A stretch of DNA of 64,000 nucleotides. It comes from Macrostomum lignano (Eukaryota). The first letter of the stretch is position 1; every line of letters begins with the position of its first letter. Below are positions 1-12,972 of this stretch, piece by piece. The stretch is from NCBI GenBank assembly GCA_002269645.1, contig NIVC01001357.1, positions 173,593 to 237,592 on the forward strand. Direction: 5' to 3'. Below the pieces are notes generated by a model that did no database searches, was not told where the DNA came from, and saw only the letters and a program-made list of their open reading frames with translations. Made by a program: the position numbers and the translations under genes.

Positions 1-1490
1 TACCATAGACAAAATACTTGGTTGAAATTGTATGGCCATAGGCTGCTTATCATAGTTTTTGGCCATAGACTATGTTTTCAAAGAAGAAAGGCACAGATGT
101 GAGAGAGAGGATTGAGAAAATGAAAGCTCTCTAATAACCCTACTACGAGCTAGCTAGAAAAGCATCATGGAGCAGGACGAGGTGGCGTTTCCATGGATGA
201 AGAATATAATTGGATCGCCAAAAGCTCGATTTTTTGGTCCTAGCCATAGACAAGCACCAGCATCACAAGAAGCTCAAAATGGGATCACAACTCGTACGGC
301 ATTCGGCTGCTGTACGGACTGGGAGAACGGGGCAGAGAGCACCTGTCGAGCTTGGAGATAAAGGATTGGTTGGAGAAGAAAAGCGACTCTGAAGGAAGGA
401 TGTAACTTGGAAGGACAAAGAACAGGGCAGCTGATCAGGCGAAAGCCAAAAGTGACGTCGAAATCAAGCAGGCCAGGATATATGACACAGCAATTATAGA
501 CGAGTATTTTCTATACAAACCAGTGAAATCCTGCCTGGTGAAACGAAGGACACTTCCCTGTTCCCAAGACCGCTAAGAAATTCGCCGACTGGAGCACGGC
601 GGTTTTGTGCTGAGCAGAAGAGAGGCGTAAACTACCTCATCAACTTCATGAAGACTCTGAGTGGAAAGGCCAAGCTATCCAAAGTGTACACCAACCATGC
701 ACTGCATCAGGTAAACCCCTTTGCCCAAACGTATAGCCTCATGATGCTTACAATTGTGCGATACCTTCTGCCCATTATGTTAGAGTCAGCAGGGTGAGCG
801 ACTTAGAAGCAGCTGGACATTCCATGACCGACATCATGGCGATAACCGGCCGGAAGTGCGAAAAGACCGTTCGCCGATATCTCTCAATCAGACGTGACAA
901 GCTGCTAAAGAAGTGCAGCGACGCCGAAAGCAAAGTACTGGACATGGAGAAAAACCTACACCGGATTCAGATGGCCATGTTATTACGAGCGAGCGCCCAT
1001 CAGCCAGTACAACAGATGGCCCAGCAGTCAACACAAGCGTCTGCCCAGTCAACATCCAGAGCTCAACGGTCCAGTGGGCGGTCAACTTCGCAAACGTTCA
1101 TCCAAATGGCAAGAACATCTTCGTCATTCAAAACAGCACGTTCAACCAATGCAGTCTGTGAGAATTCATGAGCAACTGACTCTACAAGCCAAAATATTTC
1201 AAGAGACTTTAGCCCTCTTGAAATTTGAAATTTGATTGTATTTCTTATTGTTTCTTGTCACCTTTTGTTACTGTGCATTGTTGTATTGTATTGTATTGTT
1301 ACTGTGGTATACTATTTTTCTAAATAAATTGTGGACATTATCCACAAGTCATGGACATTATCCAGAACTGTGACGCTAGAACCACAGGCCATAGAGTGAA
1401 ATCAAAGTTGCGATAGTTTTTACCATAGACAAAATATTATCTAAAAGCACTGACTAGCGACAATGTCAGTTTCATTTTGCCATAGACTAT
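1..1490 (+). mobile_element. Crypton-like tyrosine-recombinase DNA transposon, decayed (boundaries approximate; may extend upstream of the window)
   Basis: Tyrosine recombinase pseudogene inside, AATAAA at 1323-1328, and similar direct-oriented blocks at both sides (TACCATAGACAAAATA at 1-16 and 1421-1436; GCCATAGACTATG at 62-74 and 1479-1491). Confidence 0.6.
290..1171 (+). pseudogene. Tyrosine recombinase (Crypton/DUF3504-like), disrupted
   Basis: Reconstructed motifs LLYGLGERGREHL, TKN, GVNYLINFMKTLSGKAKLSKVYTNH, CIR (Arg codon split by a GT-AG intron at 711-783) and VSDLEAAGHSMTDIMAITGRKCEKTVRRY match the recombinase catalytic order. In-frame TAA at 403-405 and frameshifts, including a 4-bp insertion near 697-700. 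Confidence 0.8.
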
Positions 1491-2678
1491 GAAACCCAGA
1501 AATTATCCTCCCCCATTCGCTTGCTTGCGTCTGGCAAAATCAATTGCAAATAGGAAGAATTCTATTGAGGCATATACGAGTATTGTGCTACGCTCGTAAA
1601 AATGGTTGCATTTTCTGACCATAACGAGCGTCATTCAAGTAATCACAATCTGAGCAATAAAAGGTCATCAAGGACCAAGCATTCAACCATCCCATAGGAA
1701 CAAATTTTCTGTTTGAAATTTTTCTTTATTAAGAAATGAACACTTGCATTAGTGCAAGGGTACTTCTCCACAAAAAGAAAGTTTAGTTGCTGAGCTATTA
1801 TTAATTACTAATAGACTCATTGCTCTAATTGAAAGCATTTCTCCGTTTGTGTTTGTGGACGATCAACGCTTCCTAAGATGGCCCCCGCGAAGTCTCTGGA
1901 TCCCACGGCAATCGTGCAGAAGCAGACGTGCTTAAAGATATTTTTAATTAGGTACTTGTAATTAGCTCTAGGCTACATGTAGCTGTTCCGCCTTAATTAG
2001 CAGCTTAAGGGCGGGGCTAGAGCTTTTTTGAGGTGATCAAGTTTGTTTCAAATCAGACATCTCTGAATTGGATTGTGAAAATTATAAAAAAAATTAATCC
2101 ATTTTTCTGGCAAAAATGGAACAAAATAAATGCATTTACCAGTTGGAGGTTGCTGTGAAACCAAAGCTGAATTTTGCAAACTGGCATCTCTTCGTTGATG
2201 GTTACCTGAGCTGCTTGCTTTTCAAACGTACGACCAGCAATGCATCTAGGATGTCAACCATTGAGCATATGCATTTGGAAATAGAAGCACTTTTAAACAC
2301 AATTCTGTAATTCTGTAATGACACCTGTTTTGTTTGAATTTCATGAAACTTTTCAATAGTTTTCATCTCTGCAGCTGTGAACATTTTTAATCAGATTTAT
2401 GTAAGATGGCAACACAAATAGTCTGAAATGCTGAAATAAAAGCCCCAGGGACAACTAAAACCCTCGGGACGCGAAACGAGCCAATTCATGGCAAAAAATC
2501 TTAGGGGCTCGCTTAAAAGTATTGTTCTATGGCTTTTTTAAGTCTTTTCTGCTATCAGGCATTAACGGTTAGATTAAATAGTAAAGCGAGGCAATGTCGA
2601 GTATTTAATTTAAAGAATAGGAACCAGTGATATAATTACAATGTATTTACAATAAAGTAACCGCCATATCAACAAAAA

Positions 2679-3026
2679 ACTCCAACGGCAAGAAGATAAA
2701 AGATGAAAGCGAAGATATAACTCCAACGGCAAGAAGATAAAGGATGAAAGCGAAGATGAAACTCCAACGGCAAGAAGATAAAGGATGAAAGCGAAGATGA
2801 AACTCCAACGGCAAGAAGATAAAGGATGAAAGCGAAGATGAAACTCCAACGGCAAGAAGATAAAGGATGAAAGCGAAGATGAAACTCCAACGGCAAGAAG
2901 ATAAAGGATGAAAGCGAAGATGAAACTCCAACGGCAAGAAGATAAAGGATGAAAGCGAAGATGAAACTCCAACGGCAAGAAGATAAAGGATGAAAGCGAA
3001 GATGAAACTCCAACGGCAAGAAGATA
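2679..3026. repeat. 41-bp minisatellite inside the THAP element (~8.5 copies)
   Basis: Unit AACTCCAACGGCAAGAAGATAAAGGATGAAAGCGAAGATGA. Confidence 0.95.
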
Positions 3027-3192
3027 GAAGCAAATACGGAACTCCAAGGACAAGACGACACAAACAGTCAGTAGCTCGTAAATAAAGGAAACGCTGGAAC
3101 TTCACCTACTGAGCATCTAACTTCCGAAGCTTTCTATCATGGGATGTCGTCGGTATTGGTGGGAGTTTTGACGAGCGTCTTTCTAGTCTTAC

Positions 3193-3327
3193 CTGGAGAA
3201 TATTTGGCAGCGCCTTTCTCCATCGCTCTCGCTCCTGTGGATCTCTGGGAAACGCAAATGTCCGTGTCCGAACGGCTTCAGAGTTGTAATTTGACGAGCA
3301 CGGAAATACGCTGCACTTTCTTGGCAT
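3193..3327 (-). pseudogene. THAP zinc-finger N-terminal fragment inside the TIR element
   Basis: MPRKCSVFPCSSNYNSEAVRTRTFAFPRDPQERERWRKALPNIL fits the THAP start (M-xxx-C-xxxx-C...FP...W) and ends at a CAG|GTAAG donor; the CxxHF half and any catalytic domain were not found. Confidence 0.8.
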
Positions 3328-3951
3328 TTCATCAAGTGAATAAAAAATGCTTCTCTTGATATAGTTCAGCTTAGCTTCACTGCAGGCCGCAGCTAAAGCA
3401 ATTTTAATTTGCCTGATAGCAGAGAAGACTTGAAAAAGCCATAGAACAATACTTTTAAGCGAGCCCCTCAGATTTTTTGCCATGAATTGGCTCGTTTCGC
3501 GTCCCGAGGGTTTTAGTTGTCCCTGTAAAAGCCCACGCTTTTAGACTGACAATTTGGCTTTCACATTTGCCTTGCTCTAGTGGTGGTAGCATTCACCATT
3601 ACTCTTCAACTTCCATTGTCCTGTGCTCAATGCTCTGTGTTCGAGTTATACCTTCAACCTGCTGGCTGAAAAGCAAATTTTGGCGTAGTTTTTTATCTTT
3701 CTGTAGGCTTTGGGACTCGAGGCAGACGGCAGCAGGACAAGCTCTCTCTGGGGCAGTGAGGATTCCATTCTTTTAATTTAGCATGCGCAACATGTTACTC
3801 TAGTGTTTTATAATATCTGTGTAGCTAGCATTTCATTTTTCTTTGTTTTCTTTGTACTCCATAAGCCCAAAGTTGTATGCACTATCTGTGTATGTATGTA
3901 GAAACTAATATGCATTGAGATTGAATTACATTTAAAACAATGGCTTAGGAG

Positions 3952-4648
3952 TCCTCAGACTCAGTCTCCTTACCACTAGTGGTCCTCAGACTCAGTCTCC
4001 TCACCACTAGTGGTCCTCAGACTCAGTCTCCTTACCACTAGTGGTCCTCAGACTCAGTCTCCTCACCACTAGTGGTCCTCAGACTCAGTCTCCTCACCAC
4101 TAGTGGTCCTCAGACTCAGTCTCCTCACCACTAGTGGTCCGGTCCTCAGACTCAGTCTCCTCACCACTAGTGGTCCCCAGACTCAGTCTCCTTACCACTA
4201 GTGGTCCTCAGACTCAGTCTCCTCACCACTGGTGGTCCTCAGACTCAGTCTCCTTACCACTGGTGGTCCTCAGACTCAGAGTCTCCTCACCACTGGTGGT
4301 CCTCAGACTCAGTCTCCTTACCACTGGTGGTCCTCAGACTCAGTCTTCTTACCGCTGGTGGTCCTCAGACTCAGTCTCCTTACCACTGGTGGTCCTCAGA
4401 CTCAGAGTCTCCTTACCACTGGTGGTCCTCAGACTCAGTCTCCTTACCACTAGTGGTCCTCAGACTCAGTCTCCTCACCACTGGTGGTCCTCAGACTCAG
4501 TCTCCTTACCACTGGTGGTCCTCAGACTCAGTCTTCTTACCGCTGGTGGTCCTCAGACTCAGTCTCCTTACCACTGGTGGTCCTCAGACTCAGAGTCTCC
4601 TTACCACTGGTGGTCCTCAGACTCAGTCTCCTTACCACTAGTGGTCCT
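3952..4648. repeat. 31-bp minisatellite (~22 copies)
   Basis: Unit GGTCCTCAGACTCAGTCTCCTTACCACTAGT with variants. Confidence 0.95.
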
Positions 4649-5049
4649 CCGTCTACTTCTAGCGAATGCTGCGGACCAAGCAAAAGAAAACGGCCCTTAA
4701 AATCAAAGATTGCGAAGGCACAGAAGCAGCTGAGCCTAGCAGGTTTATTTAAAGAAATTTTCCAAAAATTTCCCTTTCCTTTTCTTTTTTTTTACGCTAT
4801 CAGCTGGTTGGAATCTGAAAAGCTTTTTATCTCAATAAAATCTCTAAAAATATGGGAAAAATCAGTTTCAATTATGCTTCTGATGTACTCGTAAATGCAA
4901 AACATATTTGTCCACACGGTGTTGACACCTGCGACATGCCGCCTTATTAGCAGCCCGGTACCACCTGAGCTGTCGCTTTGTGCGACAGAAATCCGAATTT
5001 GCAGGTAAACACAGCTACCTGGAATTCCTGTCTGAAAAACTGCAAGAAA

Positions 5050-8000
5050 TGAGGATCTGCAGGGATCTAAACTCAGGATCTGCAGGGATCTAAACTCAGG
5101 ATCTGCAGGTATCTAAACTCAGGATCTGCAGGGATCTAAACTCAGGATCTGCAGGGATCTAAACTCAGGATCTGCAGGGATCTAAACTCAGGATCTGCAG
5201 GGATCTAAACTCAGGATCTGCAAGGATCTAAACTCAGGATCTGCAGGGATCTAAACTCAGGATCTGCAGGGATCTAAACTCAGGATCTGCAGGGATCTAA
5301 ACTCAGGATCTGCAGGTATCTAAACTCAGGATCTGCAGGGATCTAAACTCAGGATCTGCAGGGATCTAAACTCAGGATCTGCAGGGATCTAAACTCAGGA
5401 TCTGCAGGGATCTAAACTCAGGATCTGCAGGGATCTAAACTCAGGATCTGCAGGGATCTAAACTCAGGATCTGCAGGGATCTAAACTCAGGATCTGCAGG
5501 GATCTAAACTCAGGATCTGCAGGTATCTAAACTCAGGATCTGCAGGGATCTAAACTCAGGATCTGCAGGGATCTAAACTCAGGATCTGCAGGGATCTAAA
5601 CTCAGGATCTGCAGGGATCTAAACTAAAGATCTGCAGGTATCTAAACTCAGGATCTGCAGGGATCTAAACTCAGGATCTGCAGGGATCTAAACTCAGGAT
5701 CTGCAGGGATCTAAACTCAGGATCTGCAGGGATCTAAAATGAGGATCTGCAGGGATCTAAACTCAGGATCTGCAGGGATCTAAACTCAGGATCTGCAGGG
5801 ATCTAAACTCAGGATCTGCAGGGATCTAAACTCAGGATCTGCAGGGATCTAAACTCAGGATCTGCAGGTATCTAAACTCAGGATCTGCAGGGATCTAAAC
5901 TCAGGATCTGCAGGGATCTAAACTCAGGATCTGCAGGGATCTAAACTCAGGATCTGCAGGGATCTAAACTCAGGATCTGCAGGGATCTAAACTCAGGATC
6001 TGCAGGGATCTAAACTCAGGATCTGCAGGGATCTAAACTCAGGATCTGCAGGGATCTAAACTCAGGATCTGCAGGGATCTAAACTCAGGATCTGCAGGGA
6101 TCTAAACTCAGGATCTGCAGGTATCTAAACTCAGGATCTGCAGGGATCTAAAATGAGGATCTGCAGGGATCTAAACTCAGGATCTGCAGGGATCTAAACT
6201 CAGGATCTGCAGGGATCTAAACTCAGGATCTGCAGGGATCTAAACTCAGGATCTGCAGGTATCTAAACTCAGGATCTGCAGGGATCTAAACTCAGGATCT
6301 GCAGGGATCTAAACTCAGGATCTGCAGGGATCTAAACTCAGGATCTGCAGGTATCTAAACTCAGGATCTGCAGGGATCTAAACTCAGGATCTGCAGGGAT
6401 CTAAACTCAGGATCTGCAGGGATATAAACTAAAGATCTGCAGGTATCTAAACTCAGGATCTGCAGGGATCTAAACTCAGGATCTGCAGGGATCTAAACTC
6501 AGGATCTGCAGGTATCTAAACTCAGGATCTGCAGGGATCTAAACTCAGGATCTGCAGGGATCTAAACTAAAGATCTGCAGGTATCTAAACTCAGGATCTG
6601 CAGGTATCTAAACTCACGATCTGCAGGTATCTAAACTCAGGATCTGCAGGGATCTAAACTGAGGATCTGCAGGGATCTAAACTCAGGATCTGCAGGGATC
6701 TAAACTCAGGATCTGCAGGGATCTAAACTCAGGATCTGCAGGGATCTAAACTCAGGATCTGCAGGTATCTAAACTCAGGATCTGCAGGGATCTAAACTCA
6801 GGATCTGCAGGGATCTAAACTCAGGATCTGCAGGGATCTAAACTCAGGATCTGCAGGGATCTAAACTCAGGATCTGCAGGTATCTAAACTCAGGATCTGC
6901 AGGGATCTAAACTGAGGATCTGCAGGGATCTAAACTAAAGATCTGCAGGGATCTAAACTCAGGATCTGCAGGGATCTAAACTCAGGATCTGCAGGGATCT
7001 AAACTCAGGATCTGCAGGGATCTAAACTCAGGATCTGCAGGGATCTAAACTAAAGATCTGCAGGTATCTAAACTCAGGATCTGCAGGGATCTAAACTCAG
7101 GATCTGCAGGTATCTAAACTCAGGATCTGCAGGGATCTAAACTCAGGATCTGCAGGTATCTAAACTCAGGATCTGCAGGGATCTAAACTAAAGATCTGCA
7201 GGTATCTAAACTCAGGATCTGCAGGGATCTAAACTAAAGATCTGCAGGTATCTAAACTCAGGATCTGCAGGGATCTAAACTCAGGATCTGCAGGTATCTA
7301 AACTCAGGATCTGCAGGGATCTAAACTCAGGATCTGCAGGGATCTAAACTCAGGATCTGCAGGTATCTAAACTCAGGATCTGCAGGGATCTAAACTCAGG
7401 ATCTGCAGGGATCTAAACTCAGGATCTGCAGGGATCTAAACTCAGGATCTGCAGGGATCTAAACTCAGGATCTGCAGGGATCTAAACTCAGGATCTGCAG
7501 GTATCTAAACTCAGGATCTGCAGGGATCTAAACTGAGGATCTGCAGGTATCTAAACTCAGGATCTGCAGGGATCTAAACTCAGGATCTGCAGGGATCTAA
7601 ACTCAGGATCTGCAGGGATCTAAACTGAGGATCTGCAGGGATCTAAACTCAGGATCTGCAGGGATCTAAACTCAGGATCTGCAGGGATCTAAACTCAGGA
7701 TCTGCAGGAATCTAAACTCAGGATCTGCAGGGATCTAAAATGAGGATCTGCAGGGATCTAAACTCAGGATCTGCAGGGATCTAAACTCAGGATCTGCAGG
7801 GATCTAAACTCAGGATCTGCAGGGATCTAAACTCAGGATCTGCAGGTATCTAAACTCAGGATCTGCAGGTATCTAAACTCAGGATCTGCAGGGATCTAAA
7901 CTCAGGATCTGCAGGGATCTAAACTAAAGATCTGCAGGTATCTAAACTCAGGATCTGCAGGTATCTAAACTCAGGATCTGCAGGTATCTAAACTCAGGAT

Positions 8001-11000
8001 CTGCAGGGATCTAAACTGAGGATCTGCAGGGATCTAAACTCAGGATCTGCAGGGATCTAAACTCAGGATCTGCAGGGATCTAAACTCAGGATCTGCAGGG
8101 ATCTAAACTCAGGATCTGCAGGTATCTAAACTCAGGATCTGCAGGGATCTAAACTCAGGATCTGCAGGGATCTAAACTCAGGATCTGCAGGGATCTAAAC
8201 TCAGGATCTGCAGGGATCTAAACTCAGGATCTGCAGGTATCTAAACTCAGGATCTGCAGGGATCTAAACTGAGGATCTGCAGGGATCTAAACTAAAGATC
8301 TGCAGGGATCTAAACTCAGGATCTGCAGGGATCTAAACTCAGGATCTGCAGGGATCTAAACTCAGGATCTGCAGGGATCTAAACTCAGGATCTGCAGGGA
8401 TCTAAACTAAAGATCTGCAGGTATCTAAACTCAGGATCTGCAGGGATCTAAACTCAGGATCTGCAGGTATCTAAACTCAGGATCTGCAGGGATCTAAACT
8501 CAGGATCTGCAGGTATCTAAACTCAGGATCTGCAGGGATCTAAACTAAAGATCTGCAGGTATCTAAACTCAGGATCTGCAGGGATCTAAACTAAAGATCT
8601 GCAGGTATCTAAACTCAGGATCTGCAGGGATCTAAACTCAGGATCTGCAGGTATCTAAACTCAGGATCTGCAGGGATCTAAACTCAGGATCTGCAGGGAT
8701 CTAAACTCAGGATCTGCAGGTATCTAAACTCAGGATCTGCAGGGATCTAAACTCAGGATCTGCAGGGATCTAAACTCAGGATCTGCAGGGATCTAAACTC
8801 AGGATCTGCAGGGATCTAAACTCAGGATCTGCAGGGATCTAAACTCAGGATCTGCAGGTATCTAAACTCAGGATCTGCAGGGATCTAAACTGAGGATCTG
8901 CAGGTATCTAAACTCAGGATCTGCAGGGATCTAAACTCAGGATCTGCAGGGATCTAAACTCAGGATCTGCAGGGATCTAAACTGAGGATCTGCAGGGATC
9001 TAAACTCAGGATCTGCAGGGATCTAAACTCAGGATCTGCAGGGATCTAAACTCAGGATCTGCAGGAATCTAAACTCAGGATCTGCAGGGATCTAAAATGA
9101 GGATCTGCAGGGATCTAAACTCAGGATCTGCAGGGATCTAGACTCAGGATCTGCAGGGATCTAAACTCAGGATCTGCAGGGATCTAAACTCAGGATCTGC
9201 AGGGATCTAAACTCAGGATCTGCAAGGATCTAAACTCAGGATCTGCAGGGATCTAAACTCAGGATCTGCAGGGATCTAAACTCAGGATCTGCAGGGATCT
9301 AAACTCAGGATCTGCAGGGATCTAAACTCAGGATCTGCAGGGATCTAAACTCAGGATCTGCAGGGATCTAAACTCAGGATCTGCAGGGATCTAAACTCAG
9401 GATCTGCAGGGATCTAAACTCAGGATCTGCAGGAATCTAAACTCAGGATCTGCAGGGATCTAAACTCAGGATCTGCAGGGATCTAAAATGAGGATCTGCA
9501 GGGATCTAAACTCAGGATCTGCAGGGATCTAAACTCAGGATCTGCAGGGATCTAAACTCAGGATCTGCAGGGATCTAAACTCAGGATCTGCAGGTATCTA
9601 AACTCAGGATCTGCAGGGATCTAAACTCAGGATCTGCAGGGATCTAAACTCAGGATCTGCAGGGATCTAAACTCAGGATCTGCAGGGATCTAAACTCAGG
9701 ATCTGCAGGGATCTAAACTCAGGATCTGCAGGGATCTAAACTCAGGATCTGCAGGGATCTAAACTCAGGATCTGCAGGTATCTAAACTCAGGATCTGCAG
9801 GGATCTAAACTCAGGATCTGCAGGGATCTAAACTCAGGATCTGCAGGGATCTAAACTCAGGATCTGCAGGGATCTAAACTCAGGATCTGCAGGGATCTAA
9901 ACTAAAGATCTGCAGGTATCTAAACTCAGGATCTGCAGGGATCTAAACTCAGGATCTGCAGGGATCTAAACTCAGGATCTGCAGGGATCTAAACTCAGGA
10001 TCTGCAGGGATCTAAACTAAAGATCTGCAGGTATCTAAACTCAGGATCTGCAGGGATCTAAACTCAGGATCTGCAGGGATCTAAACTCAGGATCTGCAGG
10101 GATCTAAACTCAGGATCTGCAGGGATCTAAAATGAGGATCTGCAGGGATCTAAACTCAGGATCTGCAGGGATCTAAACTCAGGATCTGCAGGGATCTAAA
10201 CTCAGGATCTGCAGGGATCTAAACTCAGGATCTGCAGGGATCTAAACTCAGGATCTGCAGGGATCTAAAATGAGGATCTGCAGGTATCTAAACTCAGGAT
10301 CTGCAGGGATCTAAACTCAGGATCTGCAGGGATCTAAACTCAGGATCTGCAGGGATCTAAACTCAGGATCTGCAGGGATCTAAACTCAGGATCTGCAGGG
10401 ATCTAAACTGAGGATCTGCAGGGATCTAAAATGAGGATCTGCAGGGATCTAAAATGAGGATCTGCAGGGATCTAAACTCAGGATCTGCAGGGATCTAAAC
10501 TGAGGATCTTGGATCGAAACTGAGGATCTACAGGGATCTAAACTGAGTATCTGGGATCTAAACAGAGGATCTTGGATCGAAACTGAGGATCTTGGATCGA
10601 AACTGAGGATCTGCAGGGATCTAAAATGAGGATCTGCAGGGATCTAAAATGAGGATCTGCAGGGATCTAAACTCAGGATCTGCAGGGATCTAAACTCAGG
10701 ATCTGTAGGGATCTAAACTCAGGATCTGCAGGGATCTAAACTCAGGATCTGCAGGGATCTAAAATGAGGATCTGCAGGGATCTAAACTCAGGATCTGCAG
10801 GGATCTAAACTCAGGATCTGCAGGGATCTAAACTCAGGATCTGCAGGGATCTAAACTCAGGATCTGCAGGGATCTAAACTCAGGATCTGCAGGGATCTAA
10901 ACTCAGGATCTGCAGGGATCTAAACTCAGGATCTGCAGGGATCTAAAATGAGGATCTGCAGGGATCTAAACTCAGGATCTGCAGGGATCTAAACTCAGGA

Positions 11001-12430
11001 TCTGCAGGGATCTAAACTCAGGATCTGCAGGGATCTAAACTCAGGATCTGCAGGGATCTAAACTAAAGATCTGCAGGTATCTAAACTCAGGATCTGCAGG
11101 GATCTAAACTCAGGATCTGCAGGGATCTAAACTCAGGATCTGCAGGGATCTAAACTCAGGATCTGCAGGGATCTAAAATGAGGATCTGCAGGGATCTAAA
11201 CTCAGGATCTGCAGGGATCTAAACTCAGGATCTGCAGGGATCTAAACTCAGGATCTGCAGGGATCTAAACTGAGGATCTGCAGGGATCTAAAATGAGGAT
11301 CTGCAGGGATCTAAACTCAGGATCTGCAGGGATCTAAACTCAGGATCTGCAGGGATCTAAACTCAGGATCTGCAGGGATCTAAACTCAGGATCTGCAGGG
11401 ATCTAAAATGAGGATCTGCAGGGATCTAAACTCAGGATCTGCAGGGATCTAAACTCAGGATCTGCAGGGATCTAAACTCAGGATCTGCAGGGATCTAAAC
11501 TCAGGATCTGCAGGGATCTAAACTCAGGATCTGCAGGGATCTAAACTGAGGATCTGCAGGGATCTAAAATGAGGATCTGCAGGGATCTAAAATGAGGATC
11601 TGCAGGGATCTAAACTCAGGATCTGCAGGGATCTAAACTGAGGATCTTGGATCGAAACTGAGGATCTACAGGGATCTAAACTGAGTATCTGGGATCTAAA
11701 CAGAGGATCTTGGATCGAAACTGAGGATCTTGGATCGAAACTGAGGATCTGCAGGGATCTAAAATGAGGATCTGCAGGGATCTAAACTCAGGATCTGCAG
11801 GGATCTAAACTCAGGATCTGCAGGGATCTAAACTCAAGATCTGCTGGGATCGAAACTGAGGATCTTGGATCGAAACTGAGGATCTGCAGGGATCTAAAAT
11901 GAGGATCTGCAGGGATCTAAAATGAGGATCTGCAGGGATCTAAACTCAGGATCTGCAGGGATCTAAACTCAGGATCTGCAGGGATCTAAACTCAGGATCT
12001 GCAAGGATCTAAACTCAAGATCTGCTGGGATCTAAACTGAGGATCTTGGATCGAAACTGAGGATCTACAGGGATCTAAACTGAGTATCTGGGATCTAAAC
12101 AGAGGATCTTGGATCGAAACTGAGGATCTTGGATCTAAACTGAGGATCTCGGATCTAAATCGAGGATCTGATACATGTATTCAATATGAGAATATGATAT
12201 ATAAACTGAGGATTTGGCATCTAAATGGAGAATCTGGGATCCAAACTGAGGATCTGAAATAAAAAATGAGTATTTGGGATCTAAATCAAGGATCTGATAT
12301 TCAATAAGAGAATATGGAATCTAAATTGAGGATCTGGGATCTAAACTGACGATCTGGGATCTAAACTGACGATCTGGGATCTATATCAAGGATTTGATAT
12401 TCAATATGTGGATCTGGGATCGAAACTAAG
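5050..12430. repeat. 23-bp satellite array (~310 copies) grading into a diverged 20-bp form at the right end
   Basis: Unit CTCAGGATCTGCAGGGATCTAAA; from ~10500, and mostly after ~12050, units such as CTGAGGATCTGGGATCTAAA appear. Confidence 0.98.
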
Positions 12431-12972
12431 GATGTGCAATAGAAATCCCTTTAAAAACCAGCATGATCGCATGACTAACAGGCAGTGCTTTCAATTATCT
12501 TATACATTAATTAAAACAGCATAGCTAATGAAGGAGCCGATAGTCAAGATATTTTAACGAGTTCAATAAACGCTTCAATTCAAAAAATCAGGGGTCTCAT
12601 TTTCAACTGATTGGGGCGCCCCTTTGATCGCTAGTCAGCCTGCAACAATCAGTCATGACTGGCTTTTGCTGGGCGACTTTGAAGCAGACAAATATGCGTG
12701 TGCTAATTATAGTTCCTGCCATTGATGTGGGCGAGCTAATGAATGGAATTGCTTGCTTTCTTTCAGTGTGGTCCCTGCAGGCACAGTTAGGATAAATAAA
12801 AAATGAAATGCATTGTCTATTCATTTTCGTTTTTCTGCTTTTTTGCAAAAAATCGAGTTTTATTTCAGGCTGCAGATTTCAACCCGGGCAATTCAGGGTC
12901 GGGAAGTACTTGCAGTGAGTTCATTTGTGGCGTGAGCAACGTCATACTGCACCCCCGACTGCTCTACCCCCC

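Larger units (their letters stand above)
2446..3525. mobile_element. Non-autonomous TIR DNA transposon carrying a THAP fragment (P-element- or Mutator-like)
   Basis: ~116-bp near-perfect inverted repeats (2446-2561 and 3410-3525) starting CAGGGACAAC; TAAAAGCCC duplicated at 2437-2445 and 3526-3534. Confidence 0.9.
3707..12914 (+). other. Possible spliced transcript of unknown product (exon-like islands 3707-3755, 4663-4742, 4951-5004, 12869-12914)
   Basis: Each island has a YAG acceptor and a GT donor; two of three joined frames stay open; satellites sit between the islands as in the introns of the known genes. No family recognised. Confidence 0.3.

Noticed and set aside
2116-2384. Overlapping 64-aa and 60-aa ORFs
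   Set aside because: Short, no family motif, no supporting exon chain.
4134-4894. ORFs over the 31-bp repeat, and similar ORFs at 12803-13900, 31405-32283, 41203-41851, 42934-43606 and 50452-50886
   Set aside because: Translations of tandem repeats in several frames.
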